A stretch of DNA of 64,000 nt, taken from contig OZ250180.1 of NCBI GenBank assembly GCA_965238215.1, positions 1,884,111 through 1,948,110 of the forward strand, in the 5' to 3' direction. Position numbers and translations under genes: made by a program. Shown piece by piece: positions 8,376-18,538 of the stretch. Origin of the DNA: Dehalococcoidia bacterium. GTDB taxonomy: Bacteria; Chloroflexota; Dehalococcoidia; Lucifugimonadales; GCA-2712585. The notes under the pieces were generated by a model. It did no database searches and had not been told where the DNA came from. It saw only the letters and a program-made list of their open reading frames with translations. The number at the start of each line of letters is the position of its first letter. Positions within the stretch are counted from its first letter, which is position 1.

Positions 8376-9815
8376 TCACCCTATGGCGTGTATCCGACCA
8401 TCCTCTGTTCTGACGAACAGCTTTCCCTCCGCCAGCGACGGAGCCAGCATCACCGGAGAACCCAGGGATAGACTCCAAAGCTCCTGTCCAGTGTGCCGGT
8501 CAAGGGCGTAGACCAACCCCTCGGTGGTGGCGAAGTACACCGTGTCGCCGGCTACTATGGGCGATGATCGAACGCCGCCCTTCGCCTGAAAGGCCCATAT
8601 CTCCGTGGGCATTGTTGGTTCCATAGATCGGAATGTTCCTTCAGAGTCCCCCACGTAAAGGGTATCTTCCGTTATCGCTGGCGCAGAGGTTATAAATGCC
8701 TTGTCCGGCGGCGACCATCGCCAATTGGTCCCCTGTTGAGACGGCGGCCTCGGAATGGGCGCGCCCCACCTGAGCCACAGGGTCCCCCACAGCTTCTCCC
8801 GCTGCCATCGGCCGGGGATCTCCCGAATTCCTGCCTTGGCCGTGAGGATGTCGTTGGCGGAGGCCATGTACGCCAGTCCGTGGGACATCACCGTGGGCTC
8901 GAACGACGCGACGCCCCGGGTGCGGAACCGCATCCTTCCCTCTCCCGTGCGGTAGTTCACGGAATAGAGGCTGTTGTCCTGGGAAGAAAAGTAGAGAACC
9001 CCGTTGTACAGAGAAGGCGGCGAGGTTATCAGGTTCTCGGTGTGGAACTGCCACAGCATCTCTCCCGTTGCGGCGTCCAAGGCGTACATCGAATTGTCGC
9101 CGGATCCGATGAATAGGTACCCGTTAGCAACCATGGGGGAACTACTAATGTAGTTGTCCGTATTGAACGTCCACCTGGTATCGCCGGTGTCTTTGTCGAA
9201 GACCCAGACCTTGGTGTCCGTGGAACCCACGTACACGTTGTCCCCTGCCACGGCGGGAGATGAGTTCACCAGGCCAGGCATGTCGCGCAGCCATTTTGTT
9301 TGCCCCGTGTTTGCATCCAGGGCCATGAACTTGAAGCGGCTGCCAACGTATATGGTGCTGTCCACCACTGCAGGCAGCGATTGACCCTCGATTAACCCCG
9401 CCTCCGTCGACCAGAGGAGATTCCCTTGGGGAAGCGAAGGCGGGTTAGGCACGTAGCTGGTTCGCTCGTGATTCGACGCCGCCATGGACCATTGGCCTGG
9501 CTCGGAAAGGGACGAAAGGTTGGTGCTGGGTCTGGTCTGAAGCAGGGTAACCGGGTTGGGGATGACGTGGTAGTTGTGCCATACCACCGCCGCCACCGAT
9601 ATCACGACCAGCACTATGAGAAGCCACTTGTTCTGGGTCATGAAGATGAGGCCTTGCCGGCCGAAGAGGCCGCGACGGGGCATCCTTTGCGCCCACTCGG
9701 GTATGCCCTCGGCAATTAAACGACCACAACCCTCACACCGGGATCTTGTCTCCTGGTCCATCGCCCCGCAGTGAGGGCATGTGGTCTCCAGGTGACTGTT
9801 TTCTTCTTGGCTCAT
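8376..9815 (-). CDS. PQQ-like beta-propeller repeat protein with N-terminal zinc ribbon and TM helix
   Basis: CPHCG...CEGCG, a hydrophobic helix, then repeated SSP.V....YxGS.D...YALDA.TG..LW blades. Confidence 0.85.
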   Translation of the reverse strand: MSQEENSHLETTCPHCGAMDQETRSRCEGCGRLIAEGIPEWAQRMPRRGLFGRQGLIFMTQNKWLLIVLVVISVAAVVWHNYHVIPNPVTLLQTRPSTNLSSLSEPGQWSMAASNHERTSYVPNPPSLPQGNLLWSTEAGLIEGQSLPAVVDSTIYVGSRFKFMALDANTGQTKWLRDMPGLVNSSPAVAGDNVYVGSTDTKVWVFDKDTGDTRWTFNTDNYISSSPMVANGYLFIGSGDNSMYALDAATGEMLWQFHTENLITSPPSLYNGVLYFSSQDNSLYSVNYRTGEGRMRFRTRGVASFEPTVMSHGLAYMASANDILTAKAGIREIPGRWQREKLWGTLWLRWGAPIPRPPSQQGTNWRWSPPDKAFITSAPAITEDTLYVGDSEGTFRSMEPTMPTEIWAFQAKGGVRSSPIVAGDTVYFATTEGLVYALDRHTGQELWSLSLGSPVMLAPSLAEGKLFVRTEDGRIHAIG

Positions 9816-10166
9816 CCTTGGGTTCTCCTGACCATATTACGACTTCGCTGCGCGGCCGGTTTCCCAGAGGACGGCTCTACAGTACATTAACCCTTCCATT
9901 TTGTAGCAAGACCGCACATAACGCAACTTTTCAGCCCCGCTAACTCCTCCTGCCTTGCTGGTCTTCCTTATCACCCCCTGAAGCTATGCGAAGAATCTCG
10001 TTAGCTATGCGAAGAATCTCGTTGTCGTAGTGCCTCCTCAGTCTCTTCCTTCCTGGAGACAAGATTCAAACCTGCCAATCGGCCCGATGCAATCGATTTT
10101 GAAGAATCTCTATGCGTAAACGTGCCTCTGGAGGGCAGCAACTTGGCAGTGCGCTGCAATGCCGAC

Positions 10167-10577
10167 TTACCCGAACAGCCGAAAGCTCATGGCCATGAAT
10201 GCTCCCTGAAGCGCCACCCCGCTTATCAACGCGACGATGCGGCCCAATAGCGGAAGCGAACGTCCCACGTGCAGGCTCTTCCTTATGCCTACTGCCGAGA
10301 ACGCCGCAATAACAATTGTCAAGACCACTTCCGGAGGCGAGTAACTCCCGGCTGCGATATCCGACAGTCCAACGAGATAGAGTCAGATTGCTACCATGAC
10401 GACGATCCAGAATGCGAAAACCGGAAGGGCAAACCACCCTCCGGCAGGGGCCTGCCGCATCGCGAGACCTAGGGCAAGTAACGCAGGCGCCACCTGCGCC
10501 ACGTGGCGCGCCATTGTGTCGCTGACTATTCCGACCAGAAGTAGCGATAGGACAACCCCAAACAGGCAGGCTGCCAC
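10167..10577 (-). pseudogene. Small membrane protein interrupted by an in-frame TGA (10383-10385)
   Basis: Hydrophobic frame continues past TGA (VAI*LYLVGLSDIAAGSYSPPEVVLTIVIA...) to TAA at 10167. Context suggests Trp TGG>TGA. Confidence 0.6.
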
Positions 10578-10874
10578 AACCGTCCTGTCTCCGGAAAACG
10601 TCCCTTTATGCCTGATCGAATGACGGTTGCTACTTCTTGCAGAATTGGGGTCATCGCAGGTTGAATGATGGCGCGGCGGGCGGCAAGCCTCCTTTGATTC
10701 TGGCAGGAGCGGAGGGCTGTTCCCGTAATTTCGAGTCCCTCGAAGAATCTCGCTGGATTTACGCCAGCGTTACCCTTCTCCGTAAGAACGTCTCTCTTGG
10801 GCATCTGGCTTACTTCACCCTTGCCCCGCCCCAAGTGCTATCATTGGGCCAGTAATCTGACTAGGAGTTGATAA

Positions 10875-12038
10875 GTGGACGTCCAGCGGATTAGAGAGCA
10901 GATTCCGGCTTCCCAAAAGATGGTCTACCTGAACACGGGTTGGGATGGCCCTTCCCCCAAGTCCGTCGTACAGGCGGTGCAAGACCGCGTGGAGTACGAA
11001 AGCTACAACGGCCCTACCAGCCCCCCCGTATACCAGAGCGGTCGGGAGATCCAGCAAAAAGCCAGGGAAGGGGCGGCTGCCCTCCTCAACGTATCACCCC
11101 AGGAAATCGTCCTTACCCAGTGCACCACCGACGGCCTGAACCTTGTCGTGAATGGCCTCGACTGGAGGGAGGGAGACGAAGTCATCACCTTCGGCCTGGA
11201 GCACAGCTCCGTGCTAATCCCGGCCTACCTGCTGCCCAGCCGCTACGGCGTTCGTCTGAAGGTCCTCGACCTTAGTCCCACCGACACACATGAGGAGATT
11301 CTGAGCCGGGTTGCCGAGGCCATCTCTCCACGGACGCGTCTCCTGTTCTTCAGCCACATCCAGTACACCTGCGGCCTACGCATGCCCGCGGAGGGGTTGA
11401 GGAAGCTCACCAGGGACGCAGGGGTGCAGATGCTCATTGACGGAGCGCAGACGGCGGGCCACATTGCCCTTGACCTGCGGGCGTTGGACTGCGACTACTA
11501 TTCCATTCCTGGCCAGAAGTGGCTCTTGGGGCCCGATGGGACCGGGGCTCTGTACATCCGTCAGGACCTGATACCTTCCGTTGCCCCAACACGCGTATCG
11601 GGCCGTGCCGCCGCGTCCTACGACGAGCATGGGAGTTTCGATCCCAGCACGGACACCATAGACAAGTTCCTCTTGACCACCTCCAGCGCGCCCCTGGCGG
11701 CGGGGTTTGCCGAAGCCGTGGCATTCCATCAGGAGATGGGCTCGGAGGCCGTGGAGGCCCATACGCTGGCCTTAGCTGGCCAGTTGAAGAAGGCCCTGTC
11801 GGAAGTCCCCGGCGTTAAGGTCCTCTCCCCCATGGACGACGCCCGCTCCTGCGGCCTAACCTCCTTCCAGATAGAGGGCGTTGCACCGGATGAGGCAGTG
11901 AGTCGGCTGTGGAACGATTACGGCATAGTTGTACGTCAAGTGTCGGAGCTCACCTGCATCCGAGCGGCCACCCACGCCTTCAACAACGAAGAGGACTTGG
12001 AGAAGCTGGTAGCCGCAGTGGCGGAGTTGGCGCCCTAA
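10875..12038 (+). CDS. Aminotransferase class V, PLP-dependent (cysteine lyase/desulfurase-like)
   Basis: YLNTG, EHSS, DGAQTAG and GQKWLLGP.GTG (PLP Lys) motifs. Confidence 0.9.
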   Translation: MDVQRIREQIPASQKMVYLNTGWDGPSPKSVVQAVQDRVEYESYNGPTSPPVYQSGREIQQKAREGAAALLNVSPQEIVLTQCTTDGLNLVVNGLDWREGDEVITFGLEHSSVLIPAYLLPSRYGVRLKVLDLSPTDTHEEILSRVAEAISPRTRLLFFSHIQYTCGLRMPAEGLRKLTRDAGVQMLIDGAQTAGHIALDLRALDCDYYSIPGQKWLLGPDGTGALYIRQDLIPSVAPTRVSGRAAASYDEHGSFDPSTDTIDKFLLTTSSAPLAAGFAEAVAFHQEMGSEAVEAHTLALAGQLKKALSEVPGVKVLSPMDDARSCGLTSFQIEGVAPDEAVSRLWNDYGIVVRQVSELTCIRAATHAFNNEEDLEKLVAAVAELAP

Positions 12039-12320
12039 TCCCTACCGGCAATTTCAGCGCAATTAGCCTTGCCCTTCCCCCTTGATGGGGGAAGGTTTGG
12101 ATGGGGGTGCTCCGCCCTCCTCCTCCCGTTGTCCTCGCGAATACAGGGACCCATCCCTCTTTCCCATGCCCTCGCGGATGCGGGGACCCATCCCCCCTTT
12201 CCCACGCCCCCGTGCCCGCCATCCTTCTCCTGTAGGGGCGACCCTTGTGGTCGCCCCTTATATGCTATGCGACCAACCCCTCGTAGGGGCGGTTCGCGAA
12301 CCGCCCGCCCCCCGACTCCT

Positions 12321-12776
12321 CCTCCCGTTGTCCTCGCGAATAGCCTGCCCTCGTGAAGACGGGGGCAGGGACCCATCCCTCTTTCCCATGCCCCTCGTGT
12401 CACCCTGAGCGCAGCGACGCCACCCAAATGTCATTCCGAGCGCAGTGAAGCGAGGCCGAACAAACTCGTTGCCTTAGCAACCCTCCCCCTCCCGTTGTCC
12501 TCGCGAATAGCCTGCCCTCGTGAAGACGGGGGCGGGGACCCATCCCCCTTTCCCACGCCCCTCGTGTCACCCTGAGCGCAGCGACGCCACCCAAATGTCA
12601 TTCCGAGCGCAGTGAAGCGAGGCCGAACAATCTCGTTGCCTTAGCAACCCTCCCCCTCCCGTTGTCCTCGCGAATAGCCTGCCCTCGTGAAGACGGGGGC
12701 AGGGACCCATCCCCCTTTCCCATGCCCCTCGTGTCACCCTGAGCGCAGTGAAGCGAGGCCGAACAATCTCGTTGCC
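12321..12776. repeat. Tandem array of 167-bp composite REP units (about 2.7 copies)
   Basis: CCTCCCGTTGTCCTCGCGAATAGCCTGCCCTCGTGAAGACGGGGG begins at 12321, 12488 and 12655. Further REP modules lie at 12070-12320. Confidence 0.9.
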
Positions 12777-12849
12777 GTAGAACGCCTAGCCCTCCCACCC
12801 CCACCAACCCCTCCGGCCCGCCGTCCAGCGCACCCTTAGCGGCGAGCAT

Positions 12850-13530
12850 CTAAAGCGCCGGCGGCAGTGTTTCCCTAATCCAAAGCGACAGGTCGTCAAT
12901 CACTTCGTCCGTAATCTGGTGGGCCATCGGGTACTCGTGATAGGTGGGCTTGTAACCCGCTCGCCGCAGGAAATCCCTGGACTCCCGCCCCGCTTCTACG
13001 GGAATTAGAGGGTCGTTGACGCCGTGGGCTATGAAGATGGGCTGGCTTCTCTCGGCGGGCAGTCTCCCTAGAAGCTCCTCCCGTTCGTCGATGCGGGCAC
13101 TGAGGGCTGCCAGCCCGGCGAACATCCCCGGCCGCGGCAAGCCCACCTGGTAGGTCATCATGCCTCCCTGCGAAAAGCCCGCCAGCAGGACTTGGCGCGG
13201 CTCCACGCGACGGAGTCCCATCATTTCCTCCACAAAAGCCGTCACCCCCTCCTCGGCTCGCTGGACATCCTGCGGAGTTTTCTCTCCCAACAGGGGCGTC
13301 CAAGCGTAGCCGGTGAAGCCCGGCCCCAACTGTATCGGCAGGGGAGCGTTGGGACACACATACACGTAATTGTGTGAGTCGATGTGTGATGCCAGTCCCG
13401 CCAGGTCGTGCATGTTCGCCCCGAATCCGTGCAACAGGACTATTAGGGGATAGGCCCTCTCGGGCTGGTAATCGACGGGGTACACCGCCACGTATTCGAG
13501 GCCGCCACCTCGTCCCTGAACCATCTTCAT
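12850..13530 (-). CDS. Phospholipase/carboxylesterase (alpha/beta hydrolase)
   Basis: LLHGFG, GFSQGG nucleophile, HG..DP and MAH motifs. Confidence 0.9.
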   Translation of the reverse strand: MKMVQGRGGGLEYVAVYPVDYQPERAYPLIVLLHGFGANMHDLAGLASHIDSHNYVYVCPNAPLPIQLGPGFTGYAWTPLLGEKTPQDVQRAEEGVTAFVEEMMGLRRVEPRQVLLAGFSQGGMMTYQVGLPRPGMFAGLAALSARIDEREELLGRLPAERSQPIFIAHGVNDPLIPVEAGRESRDFLRRAGYKPTYHEYPMAHQITDEVIDDLSLWIRETLPPAL

Positions 13531-13594
13531 GCCGCCATCCTACCATCGGCGTCACCAAACACCAAGAGACCAACCTTCATGTGACTACTAATCA

Positions 13595-14035
13595 AAATGA
13601 GCGCTCCGCGCCCCAAAATCCCTTCCCCCTCCACCCACATGTCATTCTGAATGCAGCGCAGCGGAGTGAAGAATCTATCGTCCCCCATGCCCAACCTCCC
13701 GCCACCTTCCCCCGTAGGGGCGACCCTTGTGGTCGCCCGTTATATGCTGCGTGACCAACCCCTCTTAGGCGCGCTTCCCGAACCACCCTCCACGTAATTT
13801 CCCTCAAACCATCCCGCTCCGAGCCCCAAAATCCCTTTCCCCCTGCAGGGGGGAAGGTTAGGATGGGGGTGATCCTCCCGTTGTCCTCGCGCATGCGGCC
13901 CCCCCCCACCCCGTCATCCTTCCCCCGTAGGGGCGACCCTTGTGGTCGCCCGATATATGCTGCGTGACCAACCCCTCCCGCCACGCCCTCATCCCCTGCC
14001 CCCAAAAGTGACATCTTCCCATTGCCCAAAATCCC
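13595..14035. repeat. REP-like mosaic (two GTAGGGGCGACCCTTGTGGTCGCCC copies plus other modules)
   Basis: CTTCCCCCGTAGGGGCGACCCTTGTGGTCGCCCG..ATATGCTGCGTGACCAACCCCTC occurs at about 13707 and 13919. Confidence 0.8.
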
Positions 14036-14058
14036 CACCCCCTGCTACCCTCCCTCTC

Positions 14059-14439
14059 ATGAGAAATATAGAACAAATACACAAAGAACTAGAAGACTTC
14101 CTAGACAGCCTCGGAATCCCCAAGGAACCCCCCAAGGGCTCCTTCTACGACCTCAGTGACGACGAAAGTGACGAAGAGCCTAAACTCAAGTCCGGCGGCC
14201 AGCCCGGCAACCAGAACGCCCGCAAGCACGGCCTCTACTCAAAACACCTTCCCCCGGAACAACTTCAACAGTTCGACGACGCCCTGGATATCAGAGACCT
14301 CGCCCCGGAGATAGCCATCGTCCGCGTCAGGCTCAACGGACTCCTCAACGATCCAGAAGCCTCCCCGGACCTCATCAATAGGACCCTAAGTGTCTTGGGC
14401 AGGCTTATGAACATTCAACGCCGCTTCATTTACGGATAA
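14059..14439 (+). CDS. Hypothetical protein with a GGQPGNQNARKHG motif (terminase-small-subunit-like motif)
   Basis: Motif seen in the translation; C-rich codon bias; start chosen at ATG 14059. Confidence 0.7.
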   Translation: MRNIEQIHKELEDFLDSLGIPKEPPKGSFYDLSDDESDEEPKLKSGGQPGNQNARKHGLYSKHLPPEQLQQFDDALDIRDLAPEIAIVRVRLNGLLNDPEASPDLINRTLSVLGRLMNIQRRFIYG

Positions 14440-14444
14440 CCATG

Positions 14445-14602
14445 TCCCAAACTCCATTCGTTTGCCCTACTTTTTTTGAAACGAGTCCCACGCCTGAAAC
14501 TAGCAACCCTAGGCACGAACTCGTTTTCCAAAACGAGTCAGTCCCACGCCTGGCAACCCTGAAACGAGTCCCTCGTTTTCCCACTCGTTCCTGAAACGAA
14601 TT
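14445..14602 (+). repeat. AAACGA/TCGTTT-rich element
   Basis: About 7 copies of the motif. A 26-bp segment (14544-14569) matches the reverse complement of 55429-55454 at 24/26. Confidence 0.6.
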
Positions 14603-14867
14603 CGCACTGTTGTCTCCCTCCTTGCAACCATCCGTGGAAGCGTGCCATGCCATCCATTCAAATGTCGAATTGCTCTCGCGTCAATTTACATAACATTCAT
14701 ATTCCTGAGTGCGGCAACTAGCTTGGAAGTCAACCGACAAGGGTCTCACCCTCCCAACTCACGTCACCCCTTCCCTTGCCACCGTAGACCTGTAGGGGCA
14801 GGTTTCAAACCTGCCTCATCATGTATCATGCCGTAAGCACCTCGGCCTCTGACAGGGAGGAAGGCCC

Positions 14868-15659
14868 ATGAACATTCGCGTCCTCGGCGCCCACAACATG
14901 GAGACCTCGCAGACCAAACATACCTGCTTTCTGATAGACGACTCACTGGCCATCGACGCAGGTAGCCTTATGACTGCCCTCTCCTCCAACGAAAAGGATC
15001 GCCTGCGGGCCATCCTCCTGACCCATAGACACTTCGACCACGTGAGAGACCTGCCCAGCCTCGGCCTGCAGACCATGGATAACGGCGTGACCGTGGACCT
15101 ATACGGACTGCCCGATACCCTGGACGCCGTATCTACTCGCCTCATGGACGGCCTCTTGTACCCCAACTTCACCGTCCGGCCCACGCCGGAATGCCCAAAG
15201 TATCGGATGCGTCCCATAGCCCCCGGGCGGGCCTTCAACGTCTGTGGCATAGAGGTTCTGCCCCTCTCCGTGCCCCACGGTGCGCCGGCGGTGGGATTCA
15301 TCATGCGAAAGGGATCGTCTACTGTGGCCTTTACCGGCGACACGGGCGGCGGACTGCTGCCTTTCCTTGCACATACGCCGCCACCCCAAGTTCTCTTCGT
15401 AGAGGTAACCTTTTCCAACGACGGCGACGCCCGCGCCCGGGCCAGTCGTCACCTCACCCCGTTCCTCCTGTGCGAGGAGTTAGAAGAGGCCCGAAAGCAG
15501 GGACTGTCCTTGCCGCAAGTCGTCGCCGTACACCGGGACCCGCGCCACGAACAAGCCATCCTCCAAGAACTCGCCAAAATCTCCAAAAAGCTGAACATAA
15601 CCATCACCCCAGCCCACGCCGACCACCGAGTATCTATTGGGAGTCGCGGGTATCATTGA
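14868..15659 (+). CDS. MBL-fold metallo-hydrolase (cyclic-nucleotide phosphodiesterase/RNase Z-like)
   Basis: THRHFDH, VPHG, FTGDT and HLTP motifs. Confidence 0.85.
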   Translation: MNIRVLGAHNMETSQTKHTCFLIDDSLAIDAGSLMTALSSNEKDRLRAILLTHRHFDHVRDLPSLGLQTMDNGVTVDLYGLPDTLDAVSTRLMDGLLYPNFTVRPTPECPKYRMRPIAPGRAFNVCGIEVLPLSVPHGAPAVGFIMRKGSSTVAFTGDTGGGLLPFLAHTPPPQVLFVEVTFSNDGDARARASRHLTPFLLCEELEEARKQGLSLPQVVAVHRDPRHEQAILQELAKISKKLNITITPAHADHRVSIGSRGYH

Positions 15660-15743
15660 ACAATTACAGGCCGCCTTCTTGCCATTGACATCCCTCCGGT
15701 ACAGGAATAGAGACCTGCATGCAGTTCATGGGATAAGGGAAAA

Positions 15744-16920
15744 ATGAAGAAGAAAATAATCGGGATCATCGTGCTTATGGCTGCGGTGTTGTCCTCCTCA
15801 GCCTGTGCAGAATCACAAAGCCGTTCTCAGACATCCCTTGAACGGATTTTGTCTATGACGCCCGCATCCTTTGGCAGTTTTCCGCTGGAGTTTTCCCATT
15901 ATGCCAGGGCTTTGGAATTGCAAGGGTATGACACAGAGAGAGACCGGTGGATATGACGACGTAAAAGAGTTTTGGTTCGAATGGCTGGAGCTGGGGAAAG
16001 ATCCCTTTGCTCGCCTAGCCTACCCCCCAGGTTTGAATAAGTCATCTGGTGGGGAAGCGATAGGACTGTCCGAAGTGCCCTTCTTTGCCTTTGACCTAGG
16101 CATCTGGTTTTTCACCGGATTTGGTAGAGGGTCCTACGAGAAGCCCACTTTCTTCAACATTGAAGGTCGTTACTTCCCGGAGCAGATTGTGTCCGCAATG
16201 GAGACACTGGAGTACAAGAAGGTGAACTTCAGGGATTTCTTCTACTATGGTCTCCACCCTAACAATGCACCTGTGTTGGACTACCCGCTCAGGACTCACA
16301 CACTGAATAGAGTAGCGGTGCTAGACAACTGGTTTGTGGCGGCGGCGGCCACTCAACAGATGGAGGACCTAATCAATGTGCGGGATGGCCATGTGGAGAG
16401 CTTATTGCAAAGCAAAGCTCACCTCACATTAGCACAGGCAGTGAATGGCGACTTGCTGAGTGGAACATACAGGGATCTCTCCGCTATCAAGAATCCAGGT
16501 TCTCCGGTAAACTTTAGTGTCATGATTACGGATAAACTCCAACCTTATATGGATGGCCCTAATGAATGGCAATCCCTGACGCCATTTGTACTTAGCTTGT
16601 CGGGCTATCGTGTGAGAGACGGCATAGATGAGATAGTTATTGCTCTCTACTATGACGATCCCATAGCTGCTCAAGAAGATCAGGTCCAACTTGAGCATAG
16701 GTGGAATACCTTTGAGTGGGACTTTGCTACCAATTCTGATCCTATGCCACTGGTCAATGGCTGTTCGCCATTCTCCACGGAGACTTTGATAGGGGAGGAT
16801 TATTCGGTTCTCGTTGCGAACTGCCCTTTGGTACGAGGATTGGTCGGAGACCAACTGATTGACAATCCCTACATGTGGCAAGCCGTGCCGCACTTCGTCC
16901 TAAGTTTGAACATTGAGTAG
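15744..16920 (+). pseudogene. Putative lipoprotein split by a frameshift near 15935-15945
   Basis: ORF 15744-15956 carries the RBS and a signal peptide ending SSSA-C. ORF 15871-16920 continues in the +1 frame; the junction is at an (AG)4A run. Confidence 0.65.
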
Positions 16921-17061
16921 ATGAAGTTAAGATAGGGTTAGGGTTGACTACGGTCTGTTGCTATTGTTCTGTGGTGATGTCGGCGACCAACAAGTCAAGT
17001 GGATCGTCCCTTTCCCCCATCCCCCTTTGATTGTATAATCCCCTTTTCGGGAGGTGGCGCT

Positions 17062-17688
17062 TTGGCCGGACTGCTTCGCAACTTGGGGTCTCGCAACCAT
17101 CAGCAGAGACGCCGCGGCTTCTGCAACCACCTCAACGCCATAGGCGTCAGGGCCCACGAGGCCCAGAAAGGCCGCCCGGAGGAGCTCTTCCGCGACCATC
17201 GCGAGATGTCCATTGGTCTCATCCACCTTCAGGACCCGCATCTGGATTGGGCCAACGTGGTGCAAGGGAACTACAGAGGAAGGTTGCCCGGCGACCTTCT
17301 CTTCTTTCGTACCCCCGGCCAGCCTTTCTACTACCGCATCTGGTACGGTCTCTACGACCCCAACCTCAAGATTGCGAACACTTCTCTGGTATTTCGCTCC
17401 AAGCGCCTCCGCCCCATGAATATAATCGGGCGCGCCTTCAACGTCTCCTGGTATAACGAGCTGCAACCCGTCGAACTCGAGCCCATGACCAGCGACCCCG
17501 ACGTCAAGAACCATCTGATACAATCGGGGGTGGACGTGGAGGTCATGGCCTTCCCTGACGGATACTGGATAATCTCCAATCGGGAGTCGGGCCGCCCCCC
17601 GTCAAAGCGCATCTGGGAGTGCTATCAAGCCGTAGCCCAGGGTCTGAAACTCTCCAGCAAGGGGTTGGACCCCGACAAGTTCTTTTAG
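17062..17688 (+). CDS. Hypothetical protein
   Basis: Open frame with genome-like codon bias; GGAGG RBS before TTG 17062. Confidence 0.6.
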   Translation: MAGLLRNLGSRNHQQRRRGFCNHLNAIGVRAHEAQKGRPEELFRDHREMSIGLIHLQDPHLDWANVVQGNYRGRLPGDLLFFRTPGQPFYYRIWYGLYDPNLKIANTSLVFRSKRLRPMNIIGRAFNVSWYNELQPVELEPMTSDPDVKNHLIQSGVDVEVMAFPDGYWIISNRESGRPPSKRIWECYQAVAQGLKLSSKGLDPDKFF

Positions 17689-17714
17689 ACAACATAGTTA
17701 GAAAAGGGGGAAGC

Positions 17715-18509
17715 ATGATAACCCAAGCCCTACCCAAAGCTCCGCCGGACATCTGGCGGCTCATCCGACACGGGGAATATGACGGCGTTACCGGAAGCTT
17801 GGCGCCGGGTTACGTTCAGGCCAACCTGGTGATTCTGCCCAGGGCCCAGGCTTTCGACTTCCTCCTATTCTGCCAACGCAACCCCAGACCCTGCCCCCTG
17901 TTGGAGGTCATGGATCCCGGCCAGTTTGAGCCTAAGCTCACCAGCGCCGGTTCCGACATCCGGACCGACGTCCCACGCTATCGAGTCTTCCGCGAAGGCG
18001 AGCTCGTCGACGAAGTGACAAACATCGAAAGCCTCTGGAGGGAAGACCTGGTGTCCTTTCTCCTCGGTTGCAGCTTCACCTTTGAGTCGGCCCTGGTGGA
18101 GGCGGGCATCCCTCTCTGGCACTGGGAGACCGGTAAGAACGTCACCATGTACAAGACCAACATAAACACCGTTCCCGCCGGCATGTTCTCAGGCCCCATG
18201 GTGGTCAGCATGAGACCCATCCACCACAGCAAGGTCGTGCGTTCCGTTCAGGTCACCTCCCGGTTCCCCGGCGCCCACGGTGCGCCCATCCACGTCGGCG
18301 ACCCCCAGGACATAGGCATTGCTGACATTCACCGGCCTGACTACGGCGATGCGGCGGAATTCAAGGAGGGTCAGGCCCCGGTGTTCTGGGCTTGCGGCGT
18401 CACGCCCCAGGCCGTCGCCCTGGAGTCCAAGCCCCCCTTCATGATTACCCACGCCCCGGGCTACATGTTTATAACGAACATGCGTGACACAGACCTGGCA
18501 GCCCTTTAG
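17715..18509 (+). CDS. Putative hydro-lyase/D-glutamate cyclase N-terminal half (DUF1445-like)
   Basis: QANLVILP, FCQRNP.PCPLL, GCSFTFE, FWACGVTPQ and THAPG motifs. Confidence 0.9.
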   Translation: MITQALPKAPPDIWRLIRHGEYDGVTGSLAPGYVQANLVILPRAQAFDFLLFCQRNPRPCPLLEVMDPGQFEPKLTSAGSDIRTDVPRYRVFREGELVDEVTNIESLWREDLVSFLLGCSFTFESALVEAGIPLWHWETGKNVTMYKTNINTVPAGMFSGPMVVSMRPIHHSKVVRSVQVTSRFPGAHGAPIHVGDPQDIGIADIHRPDYGDAAEFKEGQAPVFWACGVTPQAVALESKPPFMITHAPGYMFITNMRDTDLAAL

Positions 18510-18538
18510 AAGAACCTTGGTCGACAAGAAGGAGAATC

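Noticed and set aside
9982-10023. 21-bp tandem duplication (AGCTATGCGAAGAATCTCGTT x2)
   Set aside because: A slippage copy of a common REP tail (GCGAAGAATCT); no independent significance.
10383-10385. Second selenocysteine codon
   Set aside because: It lies in a transmembrane segment with Trp-like context; no redox motif or convincing SECIS.
12321-12776. CRISPR array
   Set aside because: Whole 167-bp units repeat, with no unique spacers and no cas genes.
14059-14439. Prophage
   Set aside because: Only a terminase-like motif; no large terminase, portal, capsid or integrase nearby.
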